Assembly: GCA_963662715.1 (NCBI GenBank)
Contig: OY759724.1
Span: 1,562,662-1,626,661, forward strand
Length of the DNA: 64,000 nt
Direction of reading: 5' to 3'
Source of the DNA: Candidatus Omnitrophota bacterium
GTDB lineage: Bacteria; Omnitrophota; Gorgyraeia; Zapsychrales; JANLHA01
The notes beneath the pieces were generated by a model, which did not search any database, was not told where the DNA came from, and worked only from the letters and a program-made list of their open reading frames with translations. Each line of letters begins with the position of its first letter. Within the stretch, counting starts at the first letter, position 1. Below are positions 36,672 through 46,820 of this stretch, piece by piece. The translations under genes and the position numbers were made by a program.

Positions 36672-37487
36672 ATGTATATGGTCCTGGATGATGTTGTCCT
36701 GAACGTTGATGAGGATGCCCTTCGGGAATTCACTCCGGGCTTAATGAAGGCCAGGGGCGTTTTTGAAACGCTCCGCGTCACGCAGGGGAAGGCCCTTTTC
36801 TGGAAGGAGCATATTCTCCGTCTTAAAAAAAGTTTGCGCGCTTTGCAAATGCCTTTCCCGGCTGTGGAGAACATCCTGTCCCGGAGGACGGCCCAGCTGA
36901 TCGATTTGAATCATATCGATGAAGGGCGGCTGCGGTTGTCCGTGTGGACAAAACACCGCAAGATTCATTGGGCCGTTTGTACCGCTCCATGGAAAGGGAT
37001 GTCCCCTCGGAAATGCCTCCGGGGTTTAAAAATGATTATTGCTCCTCAAAGGATCGATGAATCCGATCCGGGCGTGTCGCTTAAAATGATGGCTTACCGC
37101 CCTTATTATCAGTCTTTTCTGTATGCGCAAACCAACGGTTATGACGAGGCGCTTCTTCTTAACAGCAAAAAGGAAATCGTCGAGGGAAGCCGGACAAATA
37201 TTTTTTGGGTTTCGGACGGGCTCCTTTTCACTCCGGCTTTGAAGACAGGGTGTCTTCCGGGGATCGTCCGGTCGCAGGTTTTGAAAATTGCCCGGCGGAA
37301 ACACATTCCCTGCCGGACGGTTTGTGCTCAGCGTGAAATATTTTCTAAAGCGGAAGAAGCGTTTTTAACCAATTCATTGTTGGGGATTGTCCCTTTGGCG
37401 GAAGTCGGAGGGGTGAGAATCGGCCGGAACAAGAAAAAGGGAATCACGGGAATCCTGGAAAACGCTTACCGGAAACTTGGGGGTTGA
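36672..37487 (+). CDS. pabC: aminodeoxychorismate lyase / class IV aminotransferase
   Basis: Start at MYMVLDD, with GGAGAAAG upstream. 'GVFETLRV', 'TNIFWV' and 'TGCLPGIVRSQVL' are fold-type IV PLP enzyme motifs. Follows pabB. Confidence 0.6.
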   Translation: MYMVLDDVVLNVDEDALREFTPGLMKARGVFETLRVTQGKALFWKEHILRLKKSLRALQMPFPAVENILSRRTAQLIDLNHIDEGRLRLSVWTKHRKIHWAVCTAPWKGMSPRKCLRGLKMIIAPQRIDESDPGVSLKMMAYRPYYQSFLYAQTNGYDEALLLNSKKEIVEGSRTNIFWVSDGLLFTPALKTGCLPGIVRSQVLKIARRKHIPCRTVCAQREIFSKAEEAFLTNSLLGIVPLAEVGGVRIGRNKKKGITGILENAYRKLGG

Positions 37488-37681
37488 AACTTTTTTCGTC
37501 AGGCCGTGAAAGACCGTTTTTTTTTTCTGCGCAGACCAGCCGGGAAGAATGTCTCCGGTCATCCCCCATGCCTTTGTTTATTCGCCGCAAGATGGGAGGC
37601 GGGAAGCTTTATGAAACTATCCTTAAGAAAATGATAAGTTTATGATTGCTCTCATAATGCGAACTCAGTATAATTAAAATC

Positions 37682-38707
37682 ATGAAAAAATATATCTGGA
37701 TGATATGTCTTTTGATCTTGGGAGTTCCTTTGCGGCCGGCATTTTGTCAGGAGGAGGACACGTCATATGCCGCCGATGACGGTGGCGGGGGGGCGAAAGT
37801 CTGGCAGGAATCTGTGGGATCATTAAGAAGACAAACCGAAGCCTTGCTGGACCGTAACAGGGAATTAAACGGAGAATATACATCCTTGCAGGAAAAAATC
37901 ACGAATATTCAGATTAACATGAAGCAGATGAAAATCGATATTGAGAATTACCGTCAGGAAAATAAACAGTTGCAGGAGGCCCAGGAAAAGAATGCCCGGG
38001 AACAGAGAGAACTGGAAAAAAAGTTTTTGCAGGATCAGAAAGTTATTGAGCCCTTGGAGACACAAAATTCCGATTTAAAAAAGGAATGGATGGACGTCAA
38101 AAAGGAGACGGAGAAATGGCGGGAACGCGTTGCGGACCTTGAGCAGGAAAAACAGGAGTTGATCAGACAATTAAAAATGCGGGAAGAGTCTAAGGACGAT
38201 ATGTCGGGGGCCTTGGATGATGAGATAAAAAAATTGGACAGTATTTTAGCAGGCTATGAAGACGAAGAAGCGCTTTTGGATCTGGAGAAGCAGTCGTATG
38301 ACAAAGAAGAGGAAGAAATCGCCCGCATTAATGCCATGTTGGAAGGAGATATTGAAGATCTTGAATCTGAAGGGGATCAGCTGAAAGCTGAGATATCCGG
38401 GCAGAAAGAAGAGATCGCTCAAATCAAGCAGCCTAAAAAAGATGTCCGGATTTCTCCGGAAATGATTAAAGAGAAGAAAAGGCTTGAGGCTCATCTCGGT
38501 CAGTTGGAAAGTCAGCTGGAATCGATCAAAAAATCCGTAGAGGAAACGTCTTTGATTTTGGAAAAGAAACGCGCCTTGATGGATAAAATTATGGCCATAG
38601 ATTCTGAGAACCGTGAATTAAGGGCGCAGGTCTCGGATTTAATGGATCAATTAAAAGACCTGAAACAGGAATCCCCTTCTGCGGATGCTGATCCTGACGT
38701 GAAGTGA
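37682..38707 (+). CDS. secreted coiled-coil protein
   Basis: Signal peptide, then about 300 aa of E/K/Q/L-rich heptad-like sequence. Confidence 0.5.
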   Translation: MKKYIWMICLLILGVPLRPAFCQEEDTSYAADDGGGGAKVWQESVGSLRRQTEALLDRNRELNGEYTSLQEKITNIQINMKQMKIDIENYRQENKQLQEAQEKNAREQRELEKKFLQDQKVIEPLETQNSDLKKEWMDVKKETEKWRERVADLEQEKQELIRQLKMREESKDDMSGALDDEIKKLDSILAGYEDEEALLDLEKQSYDKEEEEIARINAMLEGDIEDLESEGDQLKAEISGQKEEIAQIKQPKKDVRISPEMIKEKKRLEAHLGQLESQLESIKKSVEETSLILEKKRALMDKIMAIDSENRELRAQVSDLMDQLKDLKQESPSADADPDVK

Positions 38708-38869
38708 AGGCCCGATAATCTTTCCTGATTCACTCCCTTCCCGGATTAAGGTGTTCGTCGTCAAAACTGCCTGCGGGGCTTTCCGCAATAAATCATTAGA
38801 ACAATTATTAATATTGATATATAATTTTAACCATATTCTTTGTTAGAAATATTACAGAAGGGATTTTTT

Positions 38870-39355
38870 ATGGACGAGATATTGGAAATATTATCAAATG
38901 ATGCCAGGGTTACGCCGGAAGAAATCGCTAAAATGACAGGGCAGGACCTCGCAGCCGTAAAGAAAAAAATCAAGAAATACGAGAAAGACGGGACCATCGT
39001 CAGGTATAAGGCGATCATTAACCAGGAGCTGGCCTGCGATGCCAATACTTTTGTCCGGGCTTTGATAGAAGTGAGCATCGATCCTCAAAGGGACGTCGGC
39101 TTTGATAACGTTGCGGAACGTATTTACAATTTTTCGGAAGTGAGCAGCTGTTATCTGGTTTCCGGGACATATGATCTTTTGGTTATCGTTGAAGGGAAGA
39201 ATTTGCAGGCGGTTTCAAATTTTATCGCTTCAAAACTGGCTCCTTTGGCGCATGTCAGAAGCACCACAACGCATTTTCTGTTAAAGAAATACAAAGAGGA
39301 CGGGCATATATTTAAGAAAGCCAAAGCACAAAAGAGGTTGAATATTTCCTATTGA
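38870..39355 (+). CDS. Lrp/AsnC-family transcriptional regulator
   Basis: N-terminal HTH ('LSNDARVTPEEIAKMTG') plus a C-terminal RAM/ACT-like domain ('YLVSGTYDLLVIVEG'). Confidence 0.8.
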   Translation: MDEILEILSNDARVTPEEIAKMTGQDLAAVKKKIKKYEKDGTIVRYKAIINQELACDANTFVRALIEVSIDPQRDVGFDNVAERIYNFSEVSSCYLVSGTYDLLVIVEGKNLQAVSNFIASKLAPLAHVRSTTTHFLLKKYKEDGHIFKKAKAQKRLNISY

Positions 39356-39395
39356 TAATTTTATTGTTTATCTTCGAAACAGCAGAGAGAAAAAA

Positions 39396-40556
39396 ATGAA
39401 TGCAAGAATTTCTAAGACAGTCGAACATTTGGCCCCTTCCGGGATCAGAGCCTTTTTTGACCTGGTCCTGAATATGAAGGATGTTATCTCCTTAGGGGTC
39501 GGTGAACCGGATTTTGTTACGCCCTGGCGTATCAGGGAGAAAGCTATCTCTTCCCTGGAAGAAGGGTTTACGTCATACACGTCCAACAAGGGGATGATCG
39601 GGCTCCGGCGGGAAATTGCCCGGTTTTTATCAGCCCGTTACGGAATTCATTATGACCCGGAGGACGAGATTCTCATTACAGTCGGCGTGTCAGAAGGCGT
39701 TGACCTGGCTGTCCGTGCCATTTTGAACCCCGGTGAGAAAGTTCTGGTTCCGGAACCCGCTTATGTCTCCTACGGCCCTGTTGTTGAACTGGCGGGGGGG
39801 AAGCCGGTGTATCTGAAAACCAGTCTTGAGCACGGCTTTAAATTGTCGGCACAGCTTATTGAGCAGGCTTGTGCGAACGGCCGGGTGAAAGCCCTGCTGA
39901 TCAATTATCCGGCCAACCCGACCGGAGCTTCTTATACCCGCCGGGAATTATCGGCCATCGCTGCTGTTGTTAAAAAACATGATCTGCTTGTGATCAGCGA
40001 TGAAGTTTATGATGAGCTGACGTATGATTTTGATCATACGCCCCTGTCCTCTTTGCCGGGGATGAAGGGGCGGGTCATCTACTTGAACGGCTTTTCCAAG
40101 GCTTACGCTATGACGGGGTTCCGTCTGGGCTGGGCAAGCGGCCCCGCGGATTTGGTCGGGGCGATGACGAAAATCCATCAATACACGATGTTATGCGCTT
40201 CTATCACAGCGCAGATGGCGGGAGGAGAGGCCCTAAAACACGGCATGCGATCCGTTCAGGAGATGAAACGGGAGTATGACCGTCGCCGGCGTTTTATCGT
40301 TGATGCTTTGAACGATATCGGCTTAAGCTGTCACTTGCCTCAGGGGGCATTTTATGTTTTTCCTTCCATAGAAAAAACCCGGCAGTCTTCCTTGGATTTT
40401 GCCCAGGGGCTTTTGAAAAAGAAAAAAGTTGCGCTTGTCCCGGGGACGGCTTTCGGTCCTTCGTGCGACAATTTTGTGCGTATTTCCTATGCTTCGAGTT
40501 ATGACAATCTTAAAGAAGCTGTACGCCGGATAAACGAATACGTTCAGACACTGTAA
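39396..40556 (+). CDS. PLP-dependent class I/II aminotransferase (aspartate/aromatic type)
   Basis: 'NGFSKAYAMTGFRLGW' is the class I aminotransferase Lys motif. Typical 'INYPANPTG' block. Confidence 0.8.
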   Translation: MNARISKTVEHLAPSGIRAFFDLVLNMKDVISLGVGEPDFVTPWRIREKAISSLEEGFTSYTSNKGMIGLRREIARFLSARYGIHYDPEDEILITVGVSEGVDLAVRAILNPGEKVLVPEPAYVSYGPVVELAGGKPVYLKTSLEHGFKLSAQLIEQACANGRVKALLINYPANPTGASYTRRELSAIAAVVKKHDLLVISDEVYDELTYDFDHTPLSSLPGMKGRVIYLNGFSKAYAMTGFRLGWASGPADLVGAMTKIHQYTMLCASITAQMAGGEALKHGMRSVQEMKREYDRRRRFIVDALNDIGLSCHLPQGAFYVFPSIEKTRQSSLDFAQGLLKKKKVALVPGTAFGPSCDNFVRISYASSYDNLKEAVRRINEYVQTL

Positions 40557-40561
40557 ATTTT

Positions 40562-40972
40562 TTGTGGGAGATAGCTGTTATGGCGCAAAGTCAGAACGAT
40601 GATTTGGATTTTCAGATCGCTTTTTATGAAGGGATCCTGGAAAAAAGTCAGGATTTCCTGCAGGCCCTTATGGCGCTGGGAGACCTTTATACGAAAAAAG
40701 GATTGTACGAAAAAGGCTTGAACGTCGACCAGAAATTAGCCGAGATCCGGCCCAAGGACCCGTTAGTGCTTTATAACCTCGCTTGCAGTTACTCATTGCT
40801 GGGACAGGTGGATTTGGCTTATCAAGCCATGAAGCGCGCGCTGGCCTGCGGTTATAATGATTTTGAATATTTGCTTCAGGATAAAGACCTTGCCAATCTT
40901 CTCGCTGATAAGCGTTTTCAGCAGGTGCTTGCCCGGGCCAGAGGGCAGTCCATGTCTCACGATAAAAAATAA
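40562..40972 (+). CDS. TPR-repeat protein
   Basis: About three TPR-like repeats ('ALMALGDLYTKKGLYEKG', 'LYNLACSYSLLGQVDLA'). Confidence 0.5.
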   Translation: MWEIAVMAQSQNDDLDFQIAFYEGILEKSQDFLQALMALGDLYTKKGLYEKGLNVDQKLAEIRPKDPLVLYNLACSYSLLGQVDLAYQAMKRALACGYNDFEYLLQDKDLANLLADKRFQQVLARARGQSMSHDKK

Positions 40973-40973
40973 T

Positions 40974-42098
40974 ATGACACATTCGGAAGATCAGGGACAA
41001 CGATACCATCAGGTTAAGAATCAGCTGTTGTATTTGACCATAGGGATGGATGTCGTGCTGTTGGTCCTTTGGGTGACGACAGGTCTTTCTGTCTGGCTGG
41101 CTCAAATGGCGCAGAGATTCTTTCCCTCGGTATGGATGATAAATGCTGTTTATCTGGCAGGGTTTCAGCTGGCTTTTTCCGCTGTCCATTTCCCTTTTGA
41201 TTTTTTTCTTGATTATTACTGGGAGCATCGATTCGGTTTGTCCCGTCAGTCATTATCGCAGTGGCTGAAAGATGTGGCGAAGAAATTTTTGTTGAGTTTC
41301 GTGTTCATCCTGGTCTTTGTTGAAGCCGTTTATTTCTTCCTGAGGCATTTTGCCCCTGTCTGGTGGGTGCTGGCCGCGGGGTTTTGGCTCTTGGCCTCTT
41401 TATTCCTGGCGCGTATACTGCCGCAGGTCATCATCCCTTTGTTTTATAAATATATTGAAATCGAAAACCCGTCACTTAAGGAACGGCTGATGTCTCTTTT
41501 CCGGAAGTGTGCGGTTCCCCTGCAGGATATTTACGCGATCAATATGTCGGAGAAAACCAAGAAAGCCAATGCTTTTATCTGCGGGATCGGCCGTAGCCGG
41601 CGGGTTGTCCTGAGCGATACATTGATAAATAATTTTTCTGAAGAACAGATCGAAACAGTCGTGGCCCATGAATTAGGACACCATAAGAAGAAACATCTTC
41701 TTAAACTCATCGCCGTTAATGCCCTCCTTACCTTTGTGGCCTTCTTTGTCGTTCATCATGTCCTTTCCTGGGGGCTGGGCCGCTGGGGGAATATTCCCCT
41801 TGCTGATATTGCCGGGTTCCCTCTTCTGGTTTTGACGCTTCTTTTGTTCGGTTTTGTGACGACGCCTTTGAGTAACGCCATAAGCCGCGCTTTTGAAATA
41901 GAGGCTGATCGTTTCAGCATGCAGCTAACTCAGGAAAAAGAGCATTTTATCTCCATGCTGCAGAAAATCGGCGAGTTAAACCTTGCCGAGGTCGCCCCCC
42001 ACTGGTTTAACGAAATGATGTTTCATGACCATCCTCCTTTGGAGAAAAGAATCAAACTTGCACAAGGGTATGATTATTCCCATGACAGGAACAGATAG
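40974..42098 (+). CDS. M48-family (Ste24/HtpX-like) zinc metalloprotease, membrane
   Basis: Start at MTHSEDQ, 1 nt after the TPR gene stop. Four or more TM helices. 'VVAHELGHHKKKH' is the HExxH site. Downstream 'EIEADRFS' matches the third zinc-ligand region. Confidence 0.75.
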   Translation: MTHSEDQGQRYHQVKNQLLYLTIGMDVVLLVLWVTTGLSVWLAQMAQRFFPSVWMINAVYLAGFQLAFSAVHFPFDFFLDYYWEHRFGLSRQSLSQWLKDVAKKFLLSFVFILVFVEAVYFFLRHFAPVWWVLAAGFWLLASLFLARILPQVIIPLFYKYIEIENPSLKERLMSLFRKCAVPLQDIYAINMSEKTKKANAFICGIGRSRRVVLSDTLINNFSEEQIETVVAHELGHHKKKHLLKLIAVNALLTFVAFFVVHHVLSWGLGRWGNIPLADIAGFPLLVLTLLLFGFVTTPLSNAISRAFEIEADRFSMQLTQEKEHFISMLQKIGELNLAEVAPHWFNEMMFHDHPPLEKRIKLAQGYDYSHDRNR

Positions 42099-44919
42099 TC
42101 TTCAATCAGGGGTAAGACTGCTCCTCATCTTTGCCTGGATGTTTTTGTCCGGAAGCCCGGCATCCGCCGGGCAGGCCCCCTCCTACAGGATCAGCGCGGA
42201 ACTGGACACGCAACAAAAGACACTTGCGGCAACAGAAGTGCTGTCTTGGCGGAATCCGGGGCCGTCTCCCGTTGATCATATGGTTCTGCATATTTACCCG
42301 AACCGCCGGTATTCACAGGAAGAACAGGATTTCATGTTCCGTTACGGAGGCTATTTTAAAATCAATCCCTATCCCGAGGGGTTCCCGGAGAAAACGATGG
42401 ATGTCATCAGTGTCCGTCAGCAGGGCCGGGGGCTTGATTATGAAATTTCAGGAGAAGAAGCAACTCTGCTGACGGTCAAATTGCCGCATCCCCTGAAGAA
42501 GGGCGAGACGGCGGAGGTTGAGATCAGGTTTAAATTATTCCTGCCGCATGCTTACGGCCGTTATGGCTGGCATGAGAATATCATTAAATTATCCCGGTGG
42601 TACCCTATTCTTGCGGTTTATGAAAAGGAAGGCTGGAACGAAAATCCCTTTTTCCCCTTTCACCGGCCTTTTTTCAGCGAAAGCTCTCTGTATGACGTTG
42701 AATTGACCGCTCCAGCGGACCAGGTGGTGATTCATACGGGGCGGAAAACCGGAGAAGAAAGGCTCGGGGCCGTAAAAAAATACCGCTTAAAGACAGACCT
42801 GCCTGTCCGGGAATTTACCCTGGCCTTAAGCGAAGATTATCTGCTTAAGGAAGACCGGTTCGGCGACGTGAGGATTAAATCCTATTATCTGCCCGGCGAT
42901 GAAGATGCGGCCCTTTTGGCTATCTCTGATGTGAAAGATTTGATGGGGTTTTATTCGGAGCTGTTCGGCCCGTCCCCTTATAAAGAGTTCAGCCTTGCTC
43001 CTGTTCATCTGGGCTACGGGGGAGAGCAGATGGGGCAGATGGCTTTTATAGATACGCGGGTTTACCGACTGCCGAAATTTCTCGACAAGTATTTTGATTT
43101 TCTGATATCGCATGAAACAGGGCATTTGTGGTTTTATAACTTGGTCGGCATGAACGAGTATACGCAGATGTGGTTGGAGGAAGGGACGAACGCTTATTTT
43201 AACAATGAATATCTTTATTCTAAATACGGGGAAGACGCCGATATCCTGACTTATCCGGACTGGTTTAACGGGGGCTCGGTGTTGCTGCCCAGGTTTACCT
43301 TCAAACAGACGAGGATGTTCCGTTACCTGATGCTCGAACGCAGCGGCTGGGACCATCCGGTCGTTGACAAATTGTCCAGTTTCCAAGAGCCCACGAGTAT
43401 TTTTTCCATTACCTACGGGAAAGGGTCCAGGATCGTGGGGATGCTGGAAGCCGTGATCGGCCCGGAGACCTTCCGTAAAGTTTTTCAGCGTATTTTTAAA
43501 GAGTACTGTTTTAAGAATTTAGAGCTGCAGGACTTTATCCGCATTTGTGAAGAAGAGAGCGGGCAGGACCTTTCCATGTTTTTCGAACAATGGCTTTATA
43601 AGGCCGGCCGGTATGATTATGCCGTTGCCGGGGTGTCAGGGCAAAACATTATTTTGAAGAATTTGGGGGATATTGAAATGCCGGCTCCTGTCAAAGTGAC
43701 TTTTGCGGACCAAAGCACCCGGACATTTATCTGGGACGGACAGCAGAAAGAACAGAGCATTCCTATGGAAGGCCCGGCCCCGATAGAACGCGTCAGCATC
43801 GATCCCGAAGAGACTTTACTGGATGTTGACAGGGTCGATAATCAATGGCCCAGAGCTTTCCACGTCAATGCTGTCCCGATTTATTGGGGACTTTACGATA
43901 TCCCGCTGTTTCTCCCGGAAGACGGCTATAATATTGTCATCGGGCCGGAATCGGCTAATTCCGGCCTGGGGCTCAAGGCATCCCTGCACCGTCCTTATGA
44001 CTGGGTTCTATATTCCGGAACAGATTATGAATTCGGCGAACAGCTTCTTCATTCCCGGCTGGGCTATCAATTAAAGAATGTCTTCCGTTCCCAAACGTCG
44101 GCCGGTTTTGAGTTGGCCAATACCCATGACTTTGATGACGGAGACGATGACCTGGCCAGCGGCAAGGTTTATCTGCGCCAGGAACTTTGGCCGGCGGCGT
44201 ATGGCGTGTTTAAGGATAATGATCACTGGACGCTTTATTTGATCCGGAACCAGCGGCTGGGGGATCGTCATGATGCCATCGTTAAGCAGGAAGAGGATCA
44301 GTATTTGGAATATTCCCGCCGTGAAGAAGCCATTGTGGGAGCCGTGCTGCATCTGGACCGCACCGGGCCTTATCCTGACCCGAGACAAGGCTGGGGTGCG
44401 CATGCTTTCCTGGAAAGTGCGGGGCATTTCCTGGGCGCGACCCAGTATTTTTACCGTTCCGGTTTTGACGTGCGGATCATCGAACCTGTCAGCCCGCAGA
44501 CCCGGCTGGCCCTGCGGGTCAAGTACGGCTGGGGTTATCCCCGGCATAAGGAACTTTTTCATTTGGGCGGGATGGACGGCCTGCGGGGATATCAACGAAA
44601 AGATGTGCGGGGCGCGAACATAATTCTGGGGAGCGCTGAATACCGGTTTCCTCTGCTTCCGTCTCTGGATATCTCGGTCGCCGACCATCTTTTCGGAATC
44701 GAGTCGTTAGGCGGCGTGATATTTTTTGACGCCGGTCAAAGCTGGATGGAGAATTTTTCAGACGCTGATTTCAAAAAAGATGTCGGGGCCGGCTTGAGGG
44801 TTCAGGTGAATATCGGATCCTTTCTGGAAAAGATCACCGTGCGTTTGGATGTGGCGCAGGCTTTGGGGGAACCCCAAGAGGACACAAGGTTCTGGTTCGG
44901 CCTGAATCATGCCTTCTGA
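42070..44919 (+). CDS. fusion of M1-family-like zincin domain and C-terminal Omp85/Bac_surface_Ag beta-barrel
   Basis: Signal peptide. 'HETGHLWFYNLVGMNEYTQMWLEEGTNAY' is HExxH-x18-E as in M1 aminopeptidases. C-terminal 300 aa 'LFHLGGMDGLRGYQ...SAEYRFPL...GGVIFFDAG...GAGLRVQ...FWFGLNHAF' carries the Omp85 barrel signatures and a terminal Phe. Overlaps the M48 gene by 16-29 nt. Confidence 0.65.
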   Translation: MIIPMTGTDSLQSGVRLLLIFAWMFLSGSPASAGQAPSYRISAELDTQQKTLAATEVLSWRNPGPSPVDHMVLHIYPNRRYSQEEQDFMFRYGGYFKINPYPEGFPEKTMDVISVRQQGRGLDYEISGEEATLLTVKLPHPLKKGETAEVEIRFKLFLPHAYGRYGWHENIIKLSRWYPILAVYEKEGWNENPFFPFHRPFFSESSLYDVELTAPADQVVIHTGRKTGEERLGAVKKYRLKTDLPVREFTLALSEDYLLKEDRFGDVRIKSYYLPGDEDAALLAISDVKDLMGFYSELFGPSPYKEFSLAPVHLGYGGEQMGQMAFIDTRVYRLPKFLDKYFDFLISHETGHLWFYNLVGMNEYTQMWLEEGTNAYFNNEYLYSKYGEDADILTYPDWFNGGSVLLPRFTFKQTRMFRYLMLERSGWDHPVVDKLSSFQEPTSIFSITYGKGSRIVGMLEAVIGPETFRKVFQRIFKEYCFKNLELQDFIRICEEESGQDLSMFFEQWLYKAGRYDYAVAGVSGQNIILKNLGDIEMPAPVKVTFADQSTRTFIWDGQQKEQSIPMEGPAPIERVSIDPEETLLDVDRVDNQWPRAFHVNAVPIYWGLYDIPLFLPEDGYNIVIGPESANSGLGLKASLHRPYDWVLYSGTDYEFGEQLLHSRLGYQLKNVFRSQTSAGFELANTHDFDDGDDDLASGKVYLRQELWPAAYGVFKDNDHWTLYLIRNQRLGDRHDAIVKQEEDQYLEYSRREEAIVGAVLHLDRTGPYPDPRQGWGAHAFLESAGHFLGATQYFYRSGFDVRIIEPVSPQTRLALRVKYGWGYPRHKELFHLGGMDGLRGYQRKDVRGANIILGSAEYRFPLLPSLDISVADHLFGIESLGGVIFFDAGQSWMENFSDADFKKDVGAGLRVQVNIGSFLEKITVRLDVAQALGEPQEDTRFWFGLNHAF

Positions 44920-45017
44920 TTTAGAAGAAAACCCGAATCTGTCACGGGAAAACAGGCCTCAGAAGGTCCGTCCCGTGCGAAAGACCAGTTCATTTAAAAT
45001 TTTTAGGGAGGCGTGTT

Positions 45018-45437
45018 ATGAAAAGTTATCGAGAAGAACTCTGGTTTAATACCAGTTCCCGCAGGAATTACCTCAATATTACGGATAAGGTGCAGGAGGC
45101 TATCCAGAAGAGCGGGATAAAAGAAGGACTGTGCCTCGTCAACGCTATGCATATCACGGCCAGTGTCTATATCAATGACGATGAGTCGGGCTTGATCCAG
45201 GATTATGATGACTGGCTGGAGAAGCTGGCGCCCCATGCCCCGGTGTCTCATTACCGGCACAACCGGACCGGGGAAGACAACGGGGATGCGCATCTTAAGC
45301 GTCAGATTATGGGGCGGGAGGTGGTTGTGGCCGTTACTCAGGGGCGTCTGGATTTTGGCCCGTGGGAACAGATTTTCTACGGGGAGTTCGACGGCCGCCG
45401 CAAAAAACGTGTTTTAGTGAAGATCATCGGAGAGTAA
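45018..45437 (+). CDS. YjbQ/UPF0047-family protein, paralog 2 (canonical)
   Basis: GGGAGG ribosome-binding site. '[20 protein letters not shown]...[30 protein letters not shown]' is the YjbQ family signature. Confidence 0.8.
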   Translation: MKSYREELWFNTSSRRNYLNITDKVQEAIQKSGIKEGLCLVNAMHITASVYINDDESGLIQDYDDWLEKLAPHAPVSHYRHNRTGEDNGDAHLKRQIMGREVVVAVTQGRLDFGPWEQIFYGEFDGRRKKRVLVKIIGE

Positions 45438-45686
45438 TCTGTTTTTAAGGGATCTGCCTTTCTCTGAATTTGTGTTTTATGCCGTCTTGCCGGCGTTATA
45501 GCGTGAGTTTTTCTGGGCGGTGGGGCCGGGCCGCGTGGCTCCGAAAGAATTCAGGAACGTCTGCCGCTGAATGAAAATTTGCTAAATCTTATTTCTTCTA
45601 GAGATAATATACGTTAGAATACTTTTTGAAAAGTCAGGCGTTTTTGCATATCTTTTTTTAATATCCTGAAGATTAACGGGGGACAT

Positions 45687-46820
45687 ATGTTTCATCGCCG
45701 GATCCTTATTATTGAAGATGACGTAAACCTGGGGAATTTAGTCGGGGAGTTGTTTAAAGAACGCAACTTTGATGTTGACTTGGCTCATAGCGGTCAGGAG
45801 GCCATTGAAAAAGTAAAATTGCATCCGGATATTATTTTGCTTGATCGAAACCTTCCGGATATGGAAGGCCTTGATTTTTGCCGTATGGTTCGGGAAGACA
45901 AGCGGTTCCGGGGTGTTCCGATTATTATTATCAGCGGACGGGACACGACGGAAGATAAGATTCAGGGACTGTATATCGGGGCGGATGATTATATTACAAA
46001 ACCGTTTTTGCCCGCTGAGCTTATGGCTCGTGTTGATGTTATATTACGCCGGGTGCATTTTGCCAATCAATTGCAGGAAGAAAGAGAGGAGTTCCTGGCT
46101 GAGTTGGACAGGATTATGAAAGAGGATCTTATTACGATCTTTTATCAGCCTATCTTTCATTTTCAGACTAACCAGCCGTTGGGATTTGAAGTGTTAAGCC
46201 GCCCGCCTCAGGACAGCGTTTTAAGCAATCCGGAATTTCTTTTCAAGGTTGCTCTTTCCTGCGGAAAATATTATGAATTGGAAATGTATTGCTGGAAGAA
46301 AGCTTTTTCCCAATGGAAGAAAGCTGCAAGATTTGAGAACCTTTTCCTGAATTGCAGCCCTTATCTGGTGGAATGCGGAGAGTTTGATAAGAGCATCTTG
46401 GAAAAAGCCGGGCTGGATCCCCAGCAAATCGTTATGGAACTTACCGAACGCATTGCGATCAACGATTATGGATATTTTTACAGCAAGCTGCATGAGTTCA
46501 GGAAAATGGATATCAAAATAGCGGTGGATGACGTGGGATGCGGATACGCCAGTCTGAACATGGTGGCAGAAATAAAACCGCTGTTTTTGAAAATAGACGC
46601 TCCTTTAGTCCGGTCTATAGAAAAAGATAAATTAAAGCAGGATATCGTTGATGCCATTATCGGGTTTTCCCGGAAAAACGGTATGATCACCATCGCAGAA
46701 GGCATTGAAACCGAGTCGGAACTTCAACAAGTCCGGTCCTTAGGTGTGGATGCCGGGCAGGGGTTTTTCCTGGCCAGGCCGAACCCCTCTTTAACCGCTA
46801 CCTATCAACTGAAGTCTTAA
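45687..46820 (+). CDS. response regulator receiver + EAL-domain c-di-GMP phosphodiesterase
   Basis: Receiver domain (ILIIEDD...DRNLPDMEG). EAL domain blocks 'FEVLSRP', 'KIAVDDVGCGYASL', 'LKIDAPLVRSI', 'ITIAEGIETESELQQVRSLGVDAGQGFF'. Confidence 0.85.
   Translation: MFHRRILIIEDDVNLGNLVGELFKERNFDVDLAHSGQEAIEKVKLHPDIILLDRNLPDMEGLDFCRMVREDKRFRGVPIIIISGRDTTEDKIQGLYIGADDYITKPFLPAELMARVDVILRRVHFANQLQEEREEFLAELDRIMKEDLITIFYQPIFHFQTNQPLGFEVLSRPPQDSVLSNPEFLFKVALSCGKYYELEMYCWKKAFSQWKKAARFENLFLNCSPYLVECGEFDKSILEKAGLDPQQIVMELTERIAINDYGYFYSKLHEFRKMDIKIAVDDVGCGYASLNMVAEIKPLFLKIDAPLVRSIEKDKLKQDIVDAIIGFSRKNGMITIAEGIETESELQQVRSLGVDAGQGFFLARPNPSLTATYQLKS

Noticed and set aside
35306-36874. Minus-strand ORFs (35306-35494, 35649-35858, 36605-36874, 36741-36968) inside pabB/pabC
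   Set aside because: Antisense to confidently assigned genes. No features.
37488-37540. Possible terminator after pabC (T10 run at about 37521-37530)
   Set aside because: I could not identify a convincing upstream stem by eye, so it is not annotated as a terminator.
42131-42472. 113-aa + strand ORF in an alternative frame inside the M1-Omp85 gene
   Set aside because: Arg/Pro-rich translation typical of an out-of-frame GC-rich region. The main frame carries the signal peptide and zincin motif.
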